Shown one piece after another: positions 40,701 to 51,200 of a stretch of 64,000 bases of DNA. A program made the translations under genes and the position numbers. Within the stretch, counting starts at the first letter, position 1, and each line of letters starts with the position of its first letter. This DNA comes from a bacterium (GTDB lineage Bacteria; RBG-13-61-14; DATKZS01), in contig CAXXFL010000001.1 of assembly GCA_963674965.2 (NCBI GenBank), forward strand, positions 1,408,001-1,472,000, read 5' to 3'. The notes under the pieces were generated by a model, which searched no databases, was not told the DNA's origin, and was given only the letters and a program-made list of their open reading frames with translations.

Positions 40701-40881
40701 CGGTGAACATGACGGTGATGTTCTTCTGGAACTTCTCCTTGAGCATCTGGTCGAGCGCGGCCTGTTCCTGCTCGAGCCGGAGGCGCTCCTGGAGGATGGA
40801 ATCGACCGAGGCGGGCATTTTATCGTCCTTCTTTGGGGCCTCGCCCTGATTTTTCTCTTTATCGTGCTCATTGTCCGCCAT
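37702..40881 (-). CDS. Class III adenylate cyclase - CHAT protease - TM - TPR - CsgG-like fusion
   Basis: Cyclase MFTDIKGST, KTIGDAIMA, DVFGDAVNVAAR; CHAT LIHYAGH, FANACQS, WASYMVYGDP; one TM; TPRs; VVEREKIDLILRELNLS...GKLFGA. Confidence 0.88.
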   Translation of the reverse strand: MADNEHDKEKNQGEAPKKDDKMPASVDSILQERLRLEQEQAALDQMLKEKFQKNITVMFTDIKGSTSYFETYGDVEGRAMVERHNAMLFPKVKQFGGRVIKTIGDAIMAVFDDPAQGVKAAIAMQKVLEEYNKAQDQKHRRILVRIGLNHGPAVVEEKDVFGDAVNVAARVESKCDAEQILISDSLYKEVRGDDEILVRFFGDVECKGKAEPVKIYRVVWSDTQMVAEGEFKKAATRRTVDKRGKVVRGRVIELDASRDGNKLKISVFERQRGEERTVSQYDVVKLDEKLVREQCDEVVNLLNRANTRGKVTKEILKQMQGVGQILFDHLLSQEAKEKIANSQAEHLVIKMDDRLVHVPWELLFDGKQFFCQRFGMGRIVATRQRIADVPDREIAKPLRMLVVADPRSDLPASRDEGSNIRNELDGEHEFINVNLKSSEVPTNFLKAKIRDYDLIHYAGHADYDSDNPENSGWLLADGKLSAADVKNMTGKKPMPSLVFANACQSGQTDEWKLEAGYEKDIFGVANAFLVSGVQHYIGTFWDILDDPGHDFAIAFYKEVIKGASVGESARRARLALIDKYGEDTIVWASYMVYGDPTFSYLEDVAAADETTQDMEAPAPPKADAAPLTQPGQPVVTRGASTMAAPAQDQGLSKATLGVAVAILAVLLAIGGYVLFGGGKDHSKLLASAGMKLQQGDYPGALADYGKLSEIPETRMQGMQGLALTYNRMGLDASQRGDKDAAMKAYEAGLKADPNNSELAINAGQSFLAMGNVAQAQEVFEKALKSDPESTVALAMLAQINNTMAMQADSEKQAELQSLTKDLAERFRTGNVPPPKNADDEWTSRAMTMTFLDFDRKGKSMLMEGEEEFLKIALTQALRDSGRVEVVEREKIDLILRELNLSSTELANDDTRLRLGKLFGARLIATGSYIRSGEETQVNLRLIETETTIAKVAISEVIQGKQSPGDLAKAIASSLITQIESEYPVQGKITEVSKDKTEIKINVGKKAGAAKGMKLDILDADEIEIGKIEITGAGPDVSKATVLQAPEKMAAGMKVKEAAE

Positions 40882-40882
40882 T

Positions 40883-41584
40883 TTACTCTCCTTTCATCTC
40901 CAGGGTGATTTTACCAAGCGGCTCTCCCACTCGAGTAATTTCAACCCGGTATTGTCCAAACTTAAGGTTCTCGAAAACGGCGGTCCCGCCGTCGAGCATC
41001 GAGCTTTCCAGCTCGAGGTCATCGTCGAAAAGACTGACCCTGACGCCCCTGGCGGGAAGGCCCGACTCGGCGTCCGTCATTTTTACCGTGATTTCCCCTC
41101 GGTCCGGCTTGGTTTTTTCCACGTCCACGTCGGTCCTGAACGGGGGCATCAGCTTGGAAAAGGTAACCAGGGTCTCGCTCACCACGTGGCCTTCTCCCCG
41201 CGTGGCGTCGGTGGCGGCAACGGCCTGGCCGCGGACGTCGTCGCTCATTTTAAGGACCTTGGCTACTCCTTTGGCGAATTGAATGACCAATTCCATGGTT
41301 TGGTTCCTCGAGGGGTCAAGGGCCTTGGCCCTGGCAAGTGCTCTTTGCGGTATAATTATCCGATCTTCCTTGTCTTTTTCCGAAAGGACCGTCTTGATTA
41401 CCCGCAAGGTGAAAAGACACTCAGGGCATCTGGCGGCGTGCATAAGAAGCTCGTCGGCGAGAGATTCCTCGAGTTTTCCCTCAGCCAGGGCGGCCAGGGT
41501 TTCATCGTCCGGACATTTTCCCCTGGGCCGGCTGGTGATGGACCTTTTGGCCAATCTCTTTAATATGTTGTCTTTTAGCTTCAT
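40883..41584 (-). CDS. Soluble zinc-finger (zf-HC2) anti-sigma factor with C-terminal beta-sandwich domain
   Basis: CPDDETLAAL..G.L......HAARCPEC; no TM; C-terminal GVRVSL...GTAVFENL..GQYRVEI; start could be as far up as 41632. Confidence 0.78.
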   Translation of the reverse strand: MKLKDNILKRLAKRSITSRPRGKCPDDETLAALAEGKLEESLADELLMHAARCPECLFTLRVIKTVLSEKDKEDRIIIPQRALARAKALDPSRNQTMELVIQFAKGVAKVLKMSDDVRGQAVAATDATRGEGHVVSETLVTFSKLMPPFRTDVDVEKTKPDRGEITVKMTDAESGLPARGVRVSLFDDDLELESSMLDGGTAVFENLKFGQYRVEITRVGEPLGKITLEMKGE

Positions 41585-41653
41585 CTCAAAAAAATCCGTC
41601 GTTGAAAGGACCCTGCGCACCTTCAATCTCAAAGGAAATAGACGGGCGAGAAA

Positions 41654-42319
41654 TTATTTTCTTCCCCGCTTCTTTACCGATTCTTTCAGTTTATTTTTAA
41701 TCCTATTTACGCGGCTATAAACGGTTTTCACCGAAATGCCAAGTATTTGAGAGACTTCCTCGGGACCAAGTTCCCGTCCGTAATATAACTCCATGAAATA
41801 TCTGTCGTTTTCGCATAATTCCTCAATGGCTTCCGCCATGGCCGCGTTTTTTTCGTTTTCCTCAAAATCTTCGTCCGGCATGGTCACGGGGTTCCTATGG
41901 GATACCTCGAGCGCCATTTCCTCGCTGGTAATGTCCACAAGTTTTATTCTTCGGGCCTTTTGCCTCAAATAATCGATAATGAACCTTACCGTAATGGTCC
42001 GAATCCAGGTCGCGGCGGTCGCGCCCTCGTACCCCCTGTAAAGTCTAAGCTTTTTACAGTCGTCCTTGATAAAGTGGATGATGACGTCGTTAAACAGGTC
42101 TTCAAGTTCTTCAGGGGCGGGCTTGTAATTCTTAAGGGAACAGGTGCGGTGGATGGAATAATAGATAAGCTTGCCGTATTGGTCCAGGAACCTGTCCCAT
42201 GCCCCGGGCTCCGCGGCACAGCAGGCCCGGAGCAACTCCTTGCCGGAATCGAGATCGTCGAAACTATTATCGCCGTTAATTTCGGACAAAATTATATCCG
42301 CGCGTGGCCGTCTCCGCAT
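41654..42319 (-). CDS. ECF sigma-70 factor
   Basis: AWDRFLDQY, EDLFNDV, ATWIRTIT.RFIIDYLR (region 2); EEVSQILGISVKTVYSRVNR (region 4); start uncertain. Confidence 0.88.
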   Translation of the reverse strand: MRRRPRADIILSEINGDNSFDDLDSGKELLRACCAAEPGAWDRFLDQYGKLIYYSIHRTCSLKNYKPAPEELEDLFNDVIIHFIKDDCKKLRLYRGYEGATAATWIRTITVRFIIDYLRQKARRIKLVDITSEEMALEVSHRNPVTMPDEDFEENEKNAAMAEAIEELCENDRYFMELYYGRELGPEEVSQILGISVKTVYSRVNRIKNKLKESVKKRGRK

Positions 42320-42446
42320 TCCAGTCGGAAAAACGACGCGCCGGGCGCCCTCCTTACATTGGCCAACCGCTTATGAAATTACCAGATGCGGATAATAAGG
42401 TCAAGGTATGGGCGGCGCTCCAGCGGGGGAGCGCCCGGGCGGCCGC

Positions 42447-44012
42447 TTATAATTTATCGTACCTGAAGAAAAGCCTCTTGATGGGAGCCAGTATCCATCT
42501 GAAAACGATTATAGGTATGCCGGTTTTCTTGAACCTGAAATAGGCGTCCATGGCCGAAAGGCCCGAGAACATCCAGTCCGAGAAGCGGTAGGCCTCCTCG
42601 ATGAGGTCCAGGCTAACGGGCAAAAGGTCGATAACGTTCTGCCAGGGATCGTATATGGACTTGTCGCCCTCCCAGATCACCTCGGGCTTGCCAAAGGCCT
42701 CCCAGGCCAGGCCCAGGAAACGGCCCACCCGCGGGTCGTCCGCGTCAAGCCCCATCTTCTTGGCCCCCACCCAGTCCACGGCCATGAGGTTCTCGCCCGC
42801 GATAATCGTCTTGGTATGGTTCGGATGGGTGTCCGTTATAACGCCGAGCTGGCCGTCAGCGCTCCAGAAGGCGTCGATAATCCCGAAGTGGACCTTGAAG
42901 TGCTTCATGCTCTCGATGGTGGGCCAGTCGTATTCGCGCTTGGTATGGTACTCGAGGAGCTTGTTCTGACAGGGCAGTGTCCCGTAAATGTTTTTAAGGG
43001 TCAGGGTGTACTGACAGAAGACGTGGGTCTTGTTCTTGGCGAAGGACACCCGGAAGTCGGCGTCGCGCCAGGTTGGCCCCACCCAGTGCATGCCCAGCCT
43101 TCCTCCGTAATCGTAGGGGACCATCTCCTCGGTAAGGTCCACTATCCGGTAGTTCTCGCCGGTGTATCCGATATATTCGGCGACTTTTTTAACCTCGCGG
43201 TTCTCATAATAGTTGCCATAGGTGCTCTGGGCCTCGACCAGGGCAATATTGGTGAATCCCTCATCATAAATAATTTTAATGAGCTTCTCGACCAACTGGG
43301 GGTCCGTAAAGGAGCTGTGGTCCTTTTTGCTGTGCATGAACATGAAGTTGGGCTTGACCGCCACCAAAAAGTCCTCTTTACTTTTTCCAGAGTCCTTATG
43401 GCATTTTTTAAGGACTTCCATGAATTTCGCGTCCTCGAGGGTCTTTTCAAGGAGCGCGATCTTTTCCTCGCCCTTGTTCACCACCACCCGGGTGGGACCG
43501 GTATGCTCGGTAATGTCCAGGTGGTCGCGACAGTAGACCGTCTGCCTTTTGAACCAGGCCCGGATGGACCGAAGATACAGGATAAGGGTGATCCAGAAAA
43601 TGGTGCCGTCCACCAGAAAGATGGCAAGATAGGCGAAATGCCGGGCGGAGAAAAGAAACAGGCCCATGCCCGAGACGGCGCTCGCCGCCTTGGCCACCAG
43701 AACGTAAACGGTAAGGGGCTTGTACTTGACCACGTTGTAATAGACCATGCAACTGAGGGCGGAGATGGTGGTCATCATCGAGAAAGTGAGGGAAAGCCAG
43801 AACCTCTCGCTTGACATATCGACGGGCGGCAGCTTGAGATGCAGCCCTTCCGAGATATCGTTCATCAGGGTCAGCGTGAAGTCGGGCGCGAAAAGGAAGA
43901 CGAAACCGACGAACAGGTAGGTCAGTCCCGCCACTCCCATGAAGTATCTTAGCTGCGTCTCCTGGCGATGGGGCGCCCTCTCGTCCTCGCCGCATCCTTT
44001 GTGCTCGTTCAT
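42447..44012 (-). CDS. Membrane-anchored DUF362 domain protein
   Basis: Four N-terminal TMs; VKPNF, TDP, KNKTH, TLTLKN.YG, AVD motifs; ATG overlaps upstream stop. Confidence 0.75.
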   Translation of the reverse strand: MNEHKGCGEDERAPHRQETQLRYFMGVAGLTYLFVGFVFLFAPDFTLTLMNDISEGLHLKLPPVDMSSERFWLSLTFSMMTTISALSCMVYYNVVKYKPLTVYVLVAKAASAVSGMGLFLFSARHFAYLAIFLVDGTIFWITLILYLRSIRAWFKRQTVYCRDHLDITEHTGPTRVVVNKGEEKIALLEKTLEDAKFMEVLKKCHKDSGKSKEDFLVAVKPNFMFMHSKKDHSSFTDPQLVEKLIKIIYDEGFTNIALVEAQSTYGNYYENREVKKVAEYIGYTGENYRIVDLTEEMVPYDYGGRLGMHWVGPTWRDADFRVSFAKNKTHVFCQYTLTLKNIYGTLPCQNKLLEYHTKREYDWPTIESMKHFKVHFGIIDAFWSADGQLGVITDTHPNHTKTIIAGENLMAVDWVGAKKMGLDADDPRVGRFLGLAWEAFGKPEVIWEGDKSIYDPWQNVIDLLPVSLDLIEEAYRFSDWMFSGLSAMDAYFRFKKTGIPIIVFRWILAPIKRLFFRYDKL

Positions 44013-44800
44013 GATTCCTCCTTTTCCTTGGGCGCGTCCTGGCCGAGGGACTCGGCCGCGAGGAAGGCGGCCAGCGCGAATTGGGTCAGTATCTCGAGGG
44101 GCCAGCATCCGATAACCAGAAACAGGGGCGGATAGCTTGGGCTATGGCTGAACGTCCATATCCCGGCGGCGATTGCCCCCAGGTACTCGCAAAGGTTGGC
44201 GGCGATAAGCGTCGCCATGACGGTCCCGGCGAAGACGGCGAAATTCATCCGGATGGAAGTATAGGCGGCGACGGCGAAGAGGATGACGTAAAAGGCCACG
44301 AAGTAATAGCCCACGCCGTCCCAGTACTCGCCGAGGGACAGCCAGATGAACCAGAAGAAGAAGGCCACGCAAAGCGGGTTGATCCATCTCGGCGCGGGCC
44401 TCAGCCATTGGGGGAAAGAGGGCTCGAGCAGGCTGACGGTCTTGATCAAGACCCGGGACGAGACAACGTAGACCGTGACCGCCGCCGCCACCCAGGCCAA
44501 TATGCCGAAAGTGTAGAAATGGCCGGGCCCGTTGTAGGTCCAGCATTTCGAGGCCACGCCTATGGACTCCTTCACGTACTCGATCAGGAAGACGCCAAGC
44601 AAAAGGGCCAGCATCCTTTTGGTGGACGAGAAAAGGGCCATCCAGACCACGCAGGCGAAGCCGAAAAGGAGCAGGACCAGGAAAGGCCCTCTCAGCATGG
44701 GCGCGTAGCCTTCATGGACGGCCGCGAAAAGGGTGACGGCTATGAAAAGCCCGGCTAGAAAAAGGTTCTTGGGCCTGTCGTTGACGATATCCGACTTCAT
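44009..44800 (-). CDS. Hypothetical polytopic membrane protein
   Basis: Multiple TMs; internal duplication E...G......WT(Y/F). Confidence 0.7.
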   Translation of the reverse strand: MKSDIVNDRPKNLFLAGLFIAVTLFAAVHEGYAPMLRGPFLVLLLFGFACVVWMALFSSTKRMLALLLGVFLIEYVKESIGVASKCWTYNGPGHFYTFGILAWVAAAVTVYVVSSRVLIKTVSLLEPSFPQWLRPAPRWINPLCVAFFFWFIWLSLGEYWDGVGYYFVAFYVILFAVAAYTSIRMNFAVFAGTVMATLIAANLCEYLGAIAAGIWTFSHSPSYPPLFLVIGCWPLEILTQFALAAFLAAESLGQDAPKEKEES

Positions 44801-45249
44801 CCGGCTCCTCCCGCTTGAGTTGTAGTGCCGCCGCTATTAATACGATTATTAGCGGTCATATATTCCTATCACAAACGCCCTCGACCGGCAAGAGATATTT
44901 TTAAAAGCATGGGGAAGCCACACGGATAATCTTTTCTCGAGGCTTTAATCTCTTTCATTTGTCTGGAAGGAATTTGTTGAAGGCCATAGTACAGAGATTT
45001 GAAAGAAAAACGGCCATGAATATATAAGAATGCTACTCCCGACCGGTTATAGAAACTCGTTTCGCGGTGTATTTGACGATATCTATAATACTCGTATATG
45101 ATGAGCCGAAAATTACAATTGGTGGATTCATCACGGCCGGCTGGAAGCGGGAATTTTCAAGCTGCAATAAGATACGTATAGACGACGGAACGTTGAAATC
45201 AAGATTTCAAACTTAAGTCAAAACGGGAAAGAAAGGAGAAGTCAAAATA

Positions 45250-48200
45250 ATGGATTTTATAAAAAAGAACCGTTCAAAAATGGCCGTCCCTTTAGGGACT
45301 TCGTTACTTATTTGCTTAACGGTTGTCACCTGTGCGCTTCCACAAGGGGCCGATATTAAGTGGACCCACCCTCCGTTTCTTAATTTCGGTTACGGCATAA
45401 AGATTCATGACGTCGTAGACCCAAACATGAACGATAAGAATGAACGGATAGTTTTCTATTTTGGAGAGGGCCAGGACACTTCATCTTTTTATCCTGGCGA
45501 CGATTTGGCAATTGAAAAATGCCTTGCCCATGAAATAAACGGGGTTTGGCAGTGCGACGGACAGTCCGAAAGTCTTGACCTCAACGAGTATCTCCCGACC
45601 GATTTCTGCCAGTTCGGTCCCGGCCAGCCGGGGGCTGAACTTTGCTTCATTTGCAATGATTATTCCACTCCATGCTCTTCCAGTGACAATAACTGCTGCC
45701 AGTTTATAGGCTTTCAATATGACACGGAGGAGTACATTCTATCCGAGTCGTCGAGAGTAACCGGATCGTTTACATACGCATATGCGTGGGACTGGACGGA
45801 AAAAGACGGACTGGATGATAAGATATACGACCGGCTGACGATATGGGTGGACAACCTGGAGGGAGACGCCTCAAGCAACTACCTGTATTTCGTAACCATA
45901 AACGGTCAATATACGCTTGAGTTCGTATCTCACGCGCATGACGACTCCTGGGATGAGATACCATATTTGAAGTCCCGCCGCCCGGCCTTTAACTCCGGTC
46001 TCGGGATCGGCGAACCTTTTCCACCACATGGTGAGTTGAAAATGGAGTTCAGCGAGCCGATGAGGATAGTTGCCCCTCATGCCTGGTATGATCCCGCTCC
46101 TCCACCCAGCGAAGATTCCTTCATCGGCCTGGACGAGTACGGCCAGGAAATCAGCGACTTCACCAACTCCACCGTTTTCAGGGGCTGGATGGACGCGGGG
46201 CTTCCTCCTAACACGGACGTCAATATTATCCTGTTCGGCGAGGGAAATGAATGGTGGAGCATGCTCAATTACCATCCAGACGACCTCATCGGCCAAAGCG
46301 TCCGTCCGTCCGAGATTGGACATGATCAATACTTGGTCTGGCCGCCCCTCCAGGACGCCGATGGAACGCGAATGGCCATGGGGGACTATATCGAAGCCGT
46401 CGAAAACCCCGCCGGGTCCGGAGTGCTGGAGGAATCATACACGATGGACGAGTTTTCCTCCCATGACCCGTACGACGTGGTGGAACTGCTCTTTAAAACG
46501 TCTCCCGTCCGGGCCGACGTCCGTTACGACAAAGACAATATCGACAATGAATTGCTGGCGCCCTACATGCCTTTGTCCGGATGCGTCGAAATGTCAGCCC
46601 AGGTTGACGAGGCCGAGGTGGACGGACTTGATCTTGAGGTCCTCGACCCGTCCGCTGATTACGCTGACTCCGGACTGGGCCTGGGCTCGTGCGGACCCAT
46701 TTCGTCCGGACAGGCCGCGTGCGCCTTCGATTTTTCCGGCGTGCCCGTATCCGGGAAAACCTACTCCATAAGGTTCAATTCCTACTACGGCGCGGCGCTT
46801 AAAGGTCTCGATCAGATCAACGCTCAATTCGATCTAACCGGTGACCATGACGCCGACGGCCTTTCCGACGCCCAGGAGATTCAAAACCACTCCACCGACC
46901 CTTGTATAGCCGACACGGACGGCGACGGCTTGTTCGACGGAGACGAGGTTTACACCTATATGACTGACCCGACGGACCCGGACACCGATGGAGACGGCAT
47001 GCCCGACGGTTGGGAGCACGTCAACGGTCTTGACCCGCTCGACGACGGCGATTGGGACGACGATCAGGATTCCGACGGCCTGACCAACCTTAATGAGTTT
47101 AATAACGGGACGGACCCATCGAATCAGGACACGGACGGCGACGGCCTATTCGACGACATGGAGATTTTCTACGGATATCCGTATGATCCTTTGGAACCCC
47201 AAGAAAATTCAAATATTATCGTTGACGCGCGGTCCAGCGTGTTCGGTTCTTTTGACGACCCATACAATCACAGGACCATTCCAAACATGGACACGGGACT
47301 TTACGAATTGTTCCTGCTGAATCAGGCCAAGGACACTTTCGACTACGTGGGAAATGGAATGCTGCTATTCGAGATTGACGCGAATGGCTCATTGACACTG
47401 GTAAGACATTTAAATTCCGACGTCTCCAGCGGAGATTGGGACGGCGTTGATACCGAGGACCAGTGGTTCGAGGACACGATAACTTCATTCGCCCTTAACG
47501 GAGACGAGCTTGTCATTGGATCGTTCAGAGGCGGCCTGTATTATTACGACCTTGTCAACGAAAAGATAAACAAACATTTTACGATGGCCAATACCAACGT
47601 TGCGGCCACGATTACCCAAATCGCCGGGAACGACATATATCTTGTTCCAGACGACTGCGATATAGTAAATCCGCTTTGTCCATCACCTTCGACAACCCCA
47701 TGCTTGTCAAGTGATTTGACGAGTGGCTGGGATTGGCAAAACGCAATAAACCGGCAGATTATGATAAACGGATACAGTTTTATAGTGACTTCTATAAGCG
47801 TCGCCGGCTCCGAAATTGTAGTTCAGTTACTTCAGCCCATGGAATACTTCGCGCGACCAGACCCGATTCAAGGGGTGGGGCCATCCTACAATAAAGCCGT
47901 TTTCCAAACGGGGCTTATCGAGAATAACGTTTTTCAAATCCAAGCTGACTCGGATGATATATGGATCAATTCGGGCAGGAGTCAAATGAAAAGCCCGTTT
48001 CTAGGAGCGGACGAAACTGGGGGTATGAGTAAAATCAAAAAATCCGGTATCCAGGATGGAAATTCCTCGATAAGGCCTCAAGCTTCCGAGGCTGGATATA
48101 ACATGTACCCGGCGGCCTCATTTCATATTGACTCGAACGAAACGAAATGGATCGTGTGGGACAATTCCGACTCCGCTACCGAGACCGCCATTGGAAAGCT

Positions 48201-51200
48201 TACACTAATCGGAGATTACAATGAAAAAACCTATACTTACGCCGATCCTTCCACAATCTATGGCGCGGAACCTATAAGCGTCATTGAAGACGCGCAATTA
48301 GGAGAGAAAAAATATTTGTTATTCGGTACAAAATATAATGCGGGGAGTATTGAGAAAGGAGTCTTTGTTTATGATATCGACTCGGATATCTTCATCGCTA
48401 AATTAAGACATAACTTGGACGACTACTATCATGTTATCGATGGAGATCAAAGCGGCGATCCAAACAGCATCTTGGGCAATAATGTATTCGCGATAAAGGC
48501 TCAAGTAGTTAAGGTAGGGCCCTCTAATAATGAGAAAGACCACGTTTTCGCCTGGATTGCTACGGACCATGGAGTAAGCCTGGTCGATCTGCCGCAGACC
48601 TCTACTGATGAGCTAGAAAATTGCGGTACCAACTGCGCCTTTGAACATTTTGACGCGTCTAGCAAGGTTACCAACGGATGGGACTATTCTGGATACCCAA
48701 TGATGCACGACGACGTTTTACAATATTCTTGCCTGCCGGATAACATTGTATATGACGTTCACGTTGAAAGCGCAATTCCTGCGAATGATATAAAGGACGT
48801 GACGTGGACCGTATGGTTTGCAACCGCAAGCGGACTTGCACGGTTCAAAGGCACAAGCGAGGAGTTTCAATATGTCGATAGCCAGTGCGAGCAATTACAT
48901 TGGGATTATTACAATAATAGTACGGATTCATTATTATTCCCCGACCAAAAAAATGATAAAGTTAGCTCCATGCTATTTTTCAATCATGGTGACAAGGATT
49001 ATCTTGCCGTAGGGTCGGGGGATCCTTTTTATCATAATACCGGAAATACTTCTAAAGAGATAGAATTACTTAATGAAGCTAATAAAACCAGCCCAAACAA
49101 GCCCTTCAGAAAAGTAAGAGCAAATATCTTTATCAATGAGGATTGGACACAAAACGTTTGGGAAAGAGGATACAATTCGATATATAACTTTTATACGAAA
49201 GATTTTCATGACGCCACAAGCGTTACTGGAGATGAATGCGGAATAGAAGAACCGCAATGCATAGAAGACGAGATTCACAGGTTGAAATTTGGCAATCTCG
49301 ACTTGATCATGGACAAGTTGGTACAGGAAAGAGACGTGATACCCATTATAGGTTTCCATAGTTTTCCGATGATTATTTGGAATGAAATGGGAAAAGATTG
49401 CGGCCACTTTTTTGCTAGTGACCCTGAACATTCCATGGGTTGCTGGGGAAGCGTAGATTGGAGAGTCTATCAGAACCTCGTTTACGCTCTACTTTATCAC
49501 TACCGGGAAAGATATGGGTCCGATAAAGTTAATAGTTGGTACCTCGAGATTTATAACGAAAACGGCCCATTTGATCTTAATGACGATTACTATCAGGCCA
49601 CTCTTGAGGCCATTGAGGCTTTTGAGGCCAAATACGGAAAGACCATCAATTTTGGAGTTAATAAAAGCGGATTTGTAGACGATTTTTCATTCTCGGAAGG
49701 AGATGATGGTTGGATGTCTCGTTTGGATATTATTACGTGCCATCCATACGACCACGCCTCTCTATATAAAGCCAGCCCAATCCATTTGCAGACTCATTTA
49801 GATGGCGTAAGAGCATCAAGACTCTGGATTCATAAATTATTTCCACATGCCACATGGGCATATACTGAGGACGGCCCGTGGTTCTCAACGGACTCCCGGG
49901 CTAATTACGATATATTTCTTCGCACGTATAACAATCATCGATTCGGAATCTACAACTGGGACGGCGTAAGAGATATCCATGATAGCTCCATGCTTGATAT
50001 ACTGAGGCCTCCGGACTTCTCGAATCATGAAAACTTCAATTTCAGTAAAGCGGGTTCTTTTGTAAATCTATGGAATTATACAAATTATATTGAAGATAAA
50101 GCCGTCGTGAGAAACGTTAATTTCACGGCCCAGGAAGCTTTGTCCCATTTGGGAGACCTGAGAATCTTCGCTTCGAAATACGGAAACGGGTCAGAAATGG
50201 CGCCATTCGCCACTCTCGATTCCCATAACATGGGCAGCATTGCCGTTGCCGCGCAAGATTACTCTTTCTGGGGATTATATCCTGATGATTTACTAGACCA
50301 AGCGCTGGTAAACCGAAGCGTAAGAACACATAATATAACCATCAATGGATTGGACCCCAACGCCGAATACAACGTCCTCGAGTACAAACTCGACGAAGAG
50401 CATGGAAGCGAAAGCGACGATGATTACTATCTTGGCGCTTATTATCAATATATGGAACAAGGCTGCGCCATCAAGCCACAGAACTGCACGGGACCGGTCC
50501 TGGAAAAAATAATCGAAGACTCCAAATTGAAAAGATTGAAGGGCGCCAGTGAAAGAGCGTTTTCAGAGATGGTGTCGGGGTCCTCGCATATCGATGGCTC
50601 TATCGATCTGGTCGAGGGCGGAGCCTACGTAGTAGAGTTACAGGCCGCGCCGGTCCTTCATCACGATCCAGCCCAGATTCCGGCGGAACATTCCATGATA
50701 TCCGACCCGGCGGGAAACATCTTCGTGACTTACAAGGCGGGGGACAGCCTGTTCCTCAAGTCGTGGGACGTTAACACTAATAAATGGTCCGTCGAGGGCG
50801 TTTTGGACTTTGACGACTCAAGGTCCGTGTCTGACGTGCAATACGTCGTGGACGCTCAATCATATCTCGCCTCCTTCCAGGACGGCGCGCCCGGAGGGCC
50901 ATACGAGGGAAAGAAAATAATCCATCTCGCCGATCATTACATCCACCCGGAGTCGATCGTCCTTACCCAGACTGGGATTGATTATACCCCTCGAAACGCC
51001 TGTTATCAGGGAATGTACAACCTCAAGTACAATTACCATGACAAGACCCTCGAGCTTTGTCCAGGGTCCGAGATGAGCGACGGGCAGGTAACGGTTAATT
51101 ACGACCGCTCGGTAGTCCTGCTGGGAGCCGAGAGTTCGGCCAATCAACCGGGATTATACGCGCATGACGGCGTCAGCCTTTTTGGCCACGTGGTGGAACA

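Noticed and set aside
37702-42319. Type III-E CRISPR Craspase locus or curli secretion system
   Set aside because: No Cas7-11, array or csgAB/EF; CHAT and CsgG-like domains are in a different context.
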